32,116 nucleotides of DNA from Bacteroidales bacterium (GTDB taxonomy: Bacteria > Bacteroidota > Bacteroidia > Bacteroidales > VadinHA17). Where the stretch lies: the NCBI GenBank assembly GCA_016936695.1, contig JAFGXK010000295.1, forward strand, positions 1-32,116. Direction: 5' to 3'. Position numbers and translations under genes: made by a program. Below the pieces are notes generated by a model that saw only the letters and a list, made by a program, of their open reading frames with translations, did no database searches and had not been told where the DNA came from. Of the stretch, positions 26,266 through 32,116 are shown piece by piece; position 1 is the stretch's first letter, and every line of letters begins with the position of its first letter.

Positions 26266-26699
26266 TTTGTTATTTCTTCCTTAAATATTACCAGTGCCAG
26301 AAAAATTGTCAGTATCGAAGCCGCAACTTCAATCCCTACGCTTATATTGAAGAGAGGTATCACACCTGCGCTTATCAGTTCTCCGACTTTACCTGCCGGC
26401 AGCCAGTTATTGAAAAAGATCCTGGCTCCAAGAAGCATCCCTGCCAGGGCGATAATAAGAACAAAGAGTATCGCCAGATTCTCCGTTATAGTCGTGCCTG
26501 TTTCTTCCCTGGTCAGGTTTATGAACTCACTTCCATTTGCCAGGATAAGAAGGATGAATGAACCTGCAATTATAACACCTCCTGCAAAGCCCCCTCCCGG
26601 GGAAAGATGTCCATGGATTATCACATATATACCGTAAAGAAATACTATGCCAGCTATAAGCTGGGTCGTCTTCTTTACTATGATTGTCATTCCTTTCAT
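26262..26699 (-). CDS. mnhB: Mrp subunit B C-terminal part (MbhF-like)
   Basis: HGHLSPGGGFAGG and SAG.IP..N...G.EV motifs. Confidence 0.9.
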   Translation of the reverse strand: MKGMTIIVKKTTQLIAGIVFLYGIYVIIHGHLSPGGGFAGGVIIAGSFILLILANGSEFINLTREETGTTITENLAILFVLIIALAGMLLGARIFFNNWLPAGKVGELISAGVIPLFNISVGIEVAASILTIFLALVIFKEEITK

Positions 26700-26750
26700 T
26701 GGAACTCAGTTTTTCTCCGTTTTACTATCAGTTTTCTTCGGTCTTAAAAG

Positions 26751-26973
26751 AACCCACCCCTACCCCTCCCGGGAGGGGATCCTTATTGTTCCTGCCCTAT
26801 GCTCTGTGCCCTGTGCTTTTCTTTCTCACTCTCACTCTGTTTTAACCCATCCCTACCCCTCCCGGGAGGGGATCCGTATTGTTCCTGCCCTGTGCTCTGT
26901 GCCCTGTGCTTTTCTTTCTCGCTCTCACTCTCACTCTGTTTTAACCCACCCCTACTCCTCCCTGGAGAGGATT
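26751..26973. repeat. Tandem mosaic repeat (about 2.3 units of 93/99 bp): REP-like GC palindrome + heptamer array + CTCACT hexamers
   Basis: Units start at 26751, 26844 and 26943. Palindrome CCCCTCCCGGGAGGGG at 26763 and 26856, degenerate at 26955. Heptamers CCTGCCC/T(A/G)TGCTC/TGTGCCC/TGTGCTT. Unit 2 has one extra hexamer. Confidence 0.92.
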
Positions 26974-27515
26974 CGTCCGGGCTTATCTTCCTTCTTTCCC
27001 TTTAATCTCAGTATCGTCAGCACTCCCAGAACCGCAGTGATCAGGACAGTAGCCTCGCCGAGAGTATCGAAACCCCTGAAGTCAAATATTACTCCGGTTA
27101 CGAGATTTGCACTGCCGGTCTTCTCCGCGGCGCCGGAAATATAATACTCAGACATCCTGAGCGATCCTTCACCGAAAGCATCGAGCGATCTTGTTGCAAG
27201 GCTCAGGAAATAAAAGATCACGCCAACTATCAGTATTGCTGTTGCCATTGTCACATATCCCTGCCTGTCAGATTTAGTGTATGGTTCCTCCCGTGTACTG
27301 TCGATTACCACTGCCACCATTAAGACCAGGGAAATTGTTTCCACGACAATCTGGACTATTGCCAGGTCGGGAGCTTTCAGCAGCAGGAAGCAGATAACAA
27401 GGCCGTATCCCACAATACCGCAGGCAATTACTGCCGAAAGCAGGTCTTTTGCATGAATTGCAAAGATGGCCCCGAGGATCATAAAGACAAGAATTACTGA
27501 AACAGCTGCTTCCAT
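26952..27515 (-). CDS. MbhD-MbhE-like fusion (DUF4040 + MrpB N-terminal part)
   Basis: [13 protein letters not shown] (DUF4040) and [22 protein letters not shown] (MbhE/MrpB). The stop codon lies inside repeat unit 3. Confidence 0.88.
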   Translation of the reverse strand: MEAAVSVILVFMILGAIFAIHAKDLLSAVIACGIVGYGLVICFLLLKAPDLAIVQIVVETISLVLMVAVVIDSTREEPYTKSDRQGYVTMATAILIVGVIFYFLSLATRSLDAFGEGSLRMSEYYISGAAEKTGSANLVTGVIFDFRGFDTLGEATVLITAVLGVLTILRLKGKKEDKPGRILSREE

Positions 27516-27528
27516 AGGGTAATCTTAA

Positions 27529-29382
27529 TTATATCATAATCAATAACATAATGATTAATCCGGCAAATATCCAGATAATATAGCCCGACAGAACTCCGGT
27601 GTGAGCCAGACTCAACCGGTGACTGGACCATAACACTATTCCCTTTGACAGGTCATAGATGTCAAACCATTTCTCCCTGGCTCTGTTGTAAACAGCTGAC
27701 AGGAATCTGAATTCAGTAAATGTCTTGTAAAATTCAGGTGTCGGATAACCCGCAAGATCATGGAACTTTTCTCCGCCGATAAAACTGTCTGAAGTCCTGA
27801 ATTTTTTAATGTCAGATGCGAGATAGATAATTATCCCGGCCACAATTGACAACAGAACCATTACCGAAACCATCCCGGAATTCCAGTAACCTGAAAACTC
27901 GAACTCACCGGTTACCGGCATGAATAGCTTCGGTACTACCTGGTTTGTCGCAAAGACACCCAGTAAAATACAGAAAAGTGCAAGCAGGGCAACCGGGATC
28001 CACATAGCCCAGGGCACCTCCTTTACATCCGCCAGCTCTGCCCTGCGCCTGCTGAGGAAAACGCCGCCGATAAACTTGATGAAACTGGCCAGTGTAAGTG
28101 CGGATCCGAATACTGCTAGTCCAAGCCATATCACCCATAGTTTGTTCGGTATGCCTGGCTCTCCTCCAAAATCAATAATCGCCTGGTAAATCATCCACTT
28201 GGATGCAAATCCGTTCAGGGGAGGGATCCCCGATATCGACATTGCGAAGATGAGAGCGGCAATAAATGTTACGGGCATAGCCTTTGACAATCCCCCCAGG
28301 TCGTCTATTTCACTAAGGCCTGTACGGTGTTCTATTGAACCGGCAGACAGGAACAGACCGCTCTTATAGATTGCATGGTTGACCATATGGAACAATCCTG
28401 CGGCGATGCCAATCACTGATCCCAGACTCAGTCCGAGTATCATGTATCCGACCTGAGATACGGCATGATATCCGAGCAGCTTTTTATAGTTATGCTGAAT
28501 CAGGGCCATCATCACCGCTGTTATGATGGTTGTTACGGCGATCAGGAGTAAGATTAGAGTCATCCATTCGCCAGTGATAAACATTCCGTTGATGATCCTG
28601 GCCAGGAAGTATATACCAAGGAGCTTATCGAGTGAGGCCGGCAGGAATGCAGAAGATGAAGCCGGAGCATCCTTTGCATAATCCGGCACCCAGGTATGGA
28701 AGGGGAAGGCTCCTGCCTTTGTGAAACTTCCCGCAAGAAGAGCCAGGAAGGCGGTAACGGTAAGAGCATTCCCGGTTGAAAGGGAAATTTCGCTCATATT
28801 AAGGGTTCCCGTGATCTTCCAGACGATTGCAATCCCGATAATCATTATGCTGTCGGAGGCTCCTATCATAATAAGAGTTTTCTTGGCTGTTGCCGAGCTC
28901 TCTTCATCACTGCCCTGGATAAGCTTGTAAAGGGTTATACCCAGTATTCCCCAGAATGCAAGGAAAAGAAGAAGATTATCGGCCAGCACGGCACCATAGG
29001 AACAACCCATTGTAACAAGGATCCAGGAATAGTAGTTCCTTATCCTCTTCCCCTTCATGTATACTATTGAATACAGAAGTATCAAAATGGAGAAGAGACT
29101 GATGAACATAAGAACCAGCCTGCTCAGGTTATCAATTCTGAGCGTAAGATACCTGCCAATGTTCCAGAGCTCAGGCATAAACATCTGCGCATCTGATGTA
29201 TAAATTCCGGCTGTCAGTACTCCTGCAGTCACAGCTGCAGCGAGAGCAAGGATCCCTTTGGCAAGGGAAGCCTTATCCGGAATAATGAACAGGATGATCC
29301 CGGCAATAATCGTTATCAGAATTGCGGATTCAAGGTTCGCCATCACGGCATTATTGGATATGAGGTCTATAAATTCCTTCAT
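27529..29382 (-). CDS. Second antiporter-like subunit (NuoL/MrpA/MbsH'-like) with C-terminal lateral helix
   Basis: TKAGAFPFHTWVPD, DKLLG, KKLLGYHAVSQVGY, HMVNHA.YK..LFL and GIPPLNGFASKW. C-terminal amphipathic stretch ends AHTG.LSGY plus a TM helix. TM5 reads FWG, not FWE. Confidence 0.88.
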   Translation of the reverse strand: MKEFIDLISNNAVMANLESAILITIIAGIILFIIPDKASLAKGILALAAAVTAGVLTAGIYTSDAQMFMPELWNIGRYLTLRIDNLSRLVLMFISLFSILILLYSIVYMKGKRIRNYYSWILVTMGCSYGAVLADNLLLFLAFWGILGITLYKLIQGSDEESSATAKKTLIMIGASDSIMIIGIAIVWKITGTLNMSEISLSTGNALTVTAFLALLAGSFTKAGAFPFHTWVPDYAKDAPASSSAFLPASLDKLLGIYFLARIINGMFITGEWMTLILLLIAVTTIITAVMMALIQHNYKKLLGYHAVSQVGYMILGLSLGSVIGIAAGLFHMVNHAIYKSGLFLSAGSIEHRTGLSEIDDLGGLSKAMPVTFIAALIFAMSISGIPPLNGFASKWMIYQAIIDFGGEPGIPNKLWVIWLGLAVFGSALTLASFIKFIGGVFLSRRRAELADVKEVPWAMWIPVALLALFCILLGVFATNQVVPKLFMPVTGEFEFSGYWNSGMVSVMVLLSIVAGIIIYLASDIKKFRTSDSFIGGEKFHDLAGYPTPEFYKTFTEFRFLSAVYNRAREKWFDIYDLSKGIVLWSSHRLSLAHTGVLSGYIIWIFAGLIIMLLIMI

Positions 29383-29386
29383 TTCG

Positions 29387-30589
29387 CTATCCTTGTGGTT
29401 TTCTGAGCTGTTTGGTAAGGCTGACCGACATTTCTATCAATTCTTTTGCATTGTGGATTTTTAAACCCGTTTCCGTATCGTAGGCTGCAGCAAGCCTTTC
29501 CGTGCAGCAGTAGCATGGATCAACTGCAGCAAGTGTTATGGTTGCATCGGAGATAGTCTGTCCGATACATGATTTTTTGAACGTGGCGATGTTCACATAG
29601 CTCGGAGCCCTTATTTTATGCCTTAACGGAGAATTGGAACCATCTGAGAATACACAATGGAACACCTCTCCCCTTGGAGCTTCGGCTCTGCCTGTACCAA
29701 TTCCTTCGGGTATCTCCTTAACCTTTACGGAAATGTCACCTTCCTTTTCATTTTTGATCTTTTCAAGACATTGCTCAATGATCGAGACTGATTCAAACAT
29801 TTCCAGAAGTCTCACTTCCGTTTTGGCAAATACATCACCGGTATCTGCAGTAATCACCTTCCAGTTCACGAGCGGATACGCGGCGTACGGATCATCCCTC
29901 CTGATGTCGATTGCCAGCCCGGAGGCTCTTGCCGTCGGACCGACGGCGCCATAATCGATCACATCCTGTTTTGTAAGGACTCCCACTCCCTTGGTTCTTA
30001 AGTGTATAACCGGGTCATCCATTACTGCACCTGTAAGAAGTGAAAGCTTCTTTTTTAAATCCGACATTGCCTTAAGAATCACCGGTATCTTTGATTCTTC
30101 AATATCACGTCTTACCCCTCCGACCTTGAACATCGCATAGCTGTTCCTGTTACCCGTGATCATCTCGAACAGATCGAGGACAGGCTCACGGTATTTCCAT
30201 GCCCACATGAACACAGTGTTGTAGCCCAGGAAGTGTCCTGCCAGTCCAAGCCAGAGCAGATGACTGTGAATACGTTCAAGTTCGCCAATTATACTTCTTA
30301 TGTATTTGGTCCTGTCTGTTATATCAATCCTGCATATTTCCTCAACTGCATTGGCAAAGGCAAAGGGATGGGATGTCGAACAGATCCCGCAGATCCTTTC
30401 AACCAGAAAAAATACCTGGTCGTAGGTCTTCGATTCAGCAAGTTTTTCAATACCCCGGTGGTTGTAGCCGGTTTCCCATTTTATATCCTTAACAATTTCA
30501 CCGTCACAATAAAGCTTGAAAAGCTCAGGCTCTTCCTGGAGCGGGTGATACGGACCAATGGGTATGAAAAATTTCTTGCTCATGATCAT
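29387..30589 (-). CDS. mbhL: Group 4 [NiFe] hydrogenase large subunit
   Basis: GPYHP and GYNHRGIEK; L1 ERICGICSTSH; ELERIHSH and EAPRGE; L2 DPCYCCTER followed by a 35-aa cleavable extension. Confidence 0.95.
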   Translation of the reverse strand: MIMSKKFFIPIGPYHPLQEEPELFKLYCDGEIVKDIKWETGYNHRGIEKLAESKTYDQVFFLVERICGICSTSHPFAFANAVEEICRIDITDRTKYIRSIIGELERIHSHLLWLGLAGHFLGYNTVFMWAWKYREPVLDLFEMITGNRNSYAMFKVGGVRRDIEESKIPVILKAMSDLKKKLSLLTGAVMDDPVIHLRTKGVGVLTKQDVIDYGAVGPTARASGLAIDIRRDDPYAAYPLVNWKVITADTGDVFAKTEVRLLEMFESVSIIEQCLEKIKNEKEGDISVKVKEIPEGIGTGRAEAPRGEVFHCVFSDGSNSPLRHKIRAPSYVNIATFKKSCIGQTISDATITLAAVDPCYCCTERLAAAYDTETGLKIHNAKELIEMSVSLTKQLRKPQG

Positions 30590-30591
30590 TT

Positions 30592-31041
30592 TTATTTGAA
30601 CTCTTTTCTATAAGGATAAACTCCCTCTGCCCAGTTGCCTTCGGAGATTAGTTTCTCCTGGTTTGGATGGTTAAGGAAATCGATCCCGAAAAGCTCATGC
30701 ATCTCCCTTTCTATCCAGTTGGAGGCGTTGAACATATTTGAAAGTGATTCTATTTGCGGTTTGTCTGATTTGAGAATAACGTGGATGTTAAGCACAAGTC
30801 CGATCTCATCCTTGCTGAAATGATAGTGAATCTCGAATCCTTTCCTGGTATGGATTGCGGAAGCTATTATAAACCTGAGCCCGGCCTCCCTGTAAAGATG
30901 ATCTGCAACCTTCAGGAGGGCATCGGGTTCTATCATGACCGACCATCTTGTGTCGCTCCTCTTCTCGGTTTCAAGAACATCACTCCCGAGCTTAACCTTT
31001 ATTTCTTCTATGATTGCTTCACTGTTCATCATGTCCGTCAT
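30592..31041 (-). CDS. mbhK: NuoC/MbhK-like subunit
   Basis: IHYHFS and SNWIEREMHELFGIDFLNHP motifs. Start moved to 31041 (alternatives 31032, 31029) because the longer ORF call translates a repeat array. Confidence 0.88.
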   Translation of the reverse strand: MTDMMNSEAIIEEIKVKLGSDVLETEKRSDTRWSVMIEPDALLKVADHLYREAGLRFIIASAIHTRKGFEIHYHFSKDEIGLVLNIHVILKSDKPQIESLSNMFNASNWIEREMHELFGIDFLNHPNQEKLISEGNWAEGVYPYRKEFK

Positions 31042-31063
31042 TTCATTTTCCTTATACTTCAAA

Positions 31064-31121
31064 CCTTTTGCCCTTGCCCTTCGCCCCTTGCCCTTCGCCC
31101 CTTGCCCTTCGCCCTGCGCCT
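31064..31121. repeat. Heptamer array: (CCCTTGC CCTTCGC) x3 plus degenerate flanks
   Basis: Three perfect 14-bp copies at 31071, 31085 and 31099. The array starts immediately after the small-subunit stop codon. Confidence 0.92.
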
Positions 31122-31535
31122 TCATTTGCTCTTCACCAGCGCCATAATGCCTGCTATTATTGCTTCCGGCTTGGGAGGGCATCCCGGTATGTATGCATCC
31201 ACAGGAATTATTTTATCGACAGGCCCTGCGAAAGTATTTCCCTCGGCGAAAATGCCGCCGGTACAACCACAAGCGCCGATGGCAACAACCAGTATCGGCT
31301 TCGAAGCCTGGTGATAGATCTCCAGCAGCCGCTCCTTGTCACGTCTGTTAATTGATCCGTTTACCAGGAGCACATCGGCATGCCTGACGCTGCCGACCAG
31401 CAGAATACCGAACCTTTCAAGATCATACCGTGGTGTGAGGCAGTCGAGTATTTCAATATCGCAATTGTTGCATGAAGCTCCTCCGAAATGGAAGACCCAT
31501 AATGATTTTTTGAAGCAAAAACTTTTAAAGCCCAC
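31122..31535 (-). CDS. mbhJ: Group 4 [NiFe] hydrogenase small subunit (NuoB/MbhJ-like)
   Basis: SCNNCDIE, YDLERFG, RHADVLLV.G, AIGAC and YIPGCPPKPE. Probable GTG start at 31535, 11 bp after the nuoH-like stop. Confidence 0.92.
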   Translation of the reverse strand: MGFKSFCFKKSLWVFHFGGASCNNCDIEILDCLTPRYDLERFGILLVGSVRHADVLLVNGSINRRDKERLLEIYHQASKPILVVAIGACGCTGGIFAEGNTFAGPVDKIIPVDAYIPGCPPKPEAIIAGIMALVKSK

Positions 31536-31546
31536 GGTTTTATCTG

Positions 31547-32116
31547 TTATAAGCCAAAAAATGCAAGAACTATAGCAACAATTGCAATAAGATTCATCCA
31601 TATCATGAAGAAACTTATTGCCTGCCTGATCTTGATCCTCGGATTCGTGTTCCGGATCAGTGTCAGCAGGAGCACAACACCTGCTACTTTGAGAAAAGCC
31701 CACAGGATGTTTATCCCGCGGAGGTTAAAGCCTTTCATCAGTAATGCAACAAGGAAGCAGGGCAGGACAAGGAGCATTATATATTTCGTGAGTTTGATAA
31801 GTGCATAGGGCGGACCCGAATACTCAATGAATGAACCTTCTGACAGCTCGGTCTCTGCTTCAGCCATATCGAAGGGGACAAGGCCAAGTTTTGCCTGGAT
31901 GCAGAATATGCCAGCAATGAAAAGCAGGATTCCCGAGATGCTTCCTATGAATGGTGCTCCATCCTTCTGCAACTGTATAATGGAATAGAGGTCAAAATTC
32001 TGTGAAGCTTTTACAATTATGCCGGCGACAACCAGAAAGAAGGTAAGCTCATAACTCAGAATCAGTTTCATTTCCCTCGAAGCTCCCACCGAAGCAAGAG
32101 GGTTTCCTGATGCCAC
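31547..32116 (-). CDS. mbhM: NuoH/MbhM-like membrane subunit; 5' part outside the window
   Basis: SGNPLASVGASRE, SYE, PFDMAEAETEL..G..IEYSG and NPR motifs. Confidence 0.92.
   Translation of the reverse strand: MASGNPLASVGASREMKLILSYELTFFLVVAGIIVKASQNFDLYSIIQLQKDGAPFIGSISGILLFIAGIFCIQAKLGLVPFDMAEAETELSEGSFIEYSGPPYALIKLTKYIMLLVLPCFLVALLMKGFNLRGINILWAFLKVAGVVLLLTLIRNTNPRIKIRQAISFFMIWMNLIAIVAIVLAFFGL

Noticed and set aside
26706-26954. Stop-codon readthrough (Pyl/Sec) extending mbhD/E through the in-frame repeat units
   Set aside because: The frame contains several TAG and TGA stops that arise from the repeats themselves, and nothing supports recoding.
26751-26973. Possible mini CRISPR array (three roughly 30-bp palindromic repeats)
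   Set aside because: The intervening 63-69 bp segments are near-identical to each other and are themselves simple repeats, and there are no cas genes. This is a tandem duplication.
26647-27144. Plus-strand ORFs with repeated THPYPSREG / LCSVPCAF peptides (also 26799..27005)
   Set aside because: They are translations of the DNA repeat, antisense to and overlapping well-supported operon genes.
31042-31182. N-terminal extension of the NuoC-like ORF (GEGQGAKGKGRRARAKG)
   Set aside because: It is the translated heptamer array plus overlap with the small-subunit gene; the real start is probably 31041 or just downstream.
31536-31703. Cys-rich N-terminal extension of the hydrogenase small subunit
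   Set aside because: It overlaps the nuoH-like gene in another frame; the GTG at 31535 gives a normal-length subunit.

Overview
A 32 kb chromosomal window from an anaerobic Bacteroidota (Bacteroidales-like) bacterium. The assignment rests on TAnnTTTG/TTTG promoters, Gln after signal-peptide cleavage sites, lipoboxes and gene content. From left to right it holds: a partial Tat-exported ThuA-like protein; a CBM9/DUF5916 outer-membrane protein; a four-gene exported peptidoglycan-recycling-like operon (transglutaminase-like lipoprotein, YkfC, YkfB, GH20); acylphosphatase; GH10 with an aldo/keto reductase; a GH50-like lipoprotein; a mazEF-like pair whose toxin has lost its catalytic residues; LOG, an NAD(P)-binding protein and a C1 peptidase; a small CPAY lipoprotein; DoxX; a five-gene ECF sigma operon (sigma, zinc anti-sigma, Spy/CpxP-like, Ca/Cys-motif protein, DUF2202 ferritin-like lipoprotein); and DUF302. 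The right-hand 10 kb is an operon, running off the window edge, for an Mrp-linked group 4 [NiFe] hydrogenase with two antiporter-like subunits, a HycI protease and an unknown Cys-rich last gene. Two gaps in this operon hold G-rich repeats: a REP-like palindrome/heptamer/hexamer mosaic and a heptamer array. I found no rRNA, tRNA, CRISPR array, transposase or integrase. All family assignments come from motif recognition by eye, not database searches.
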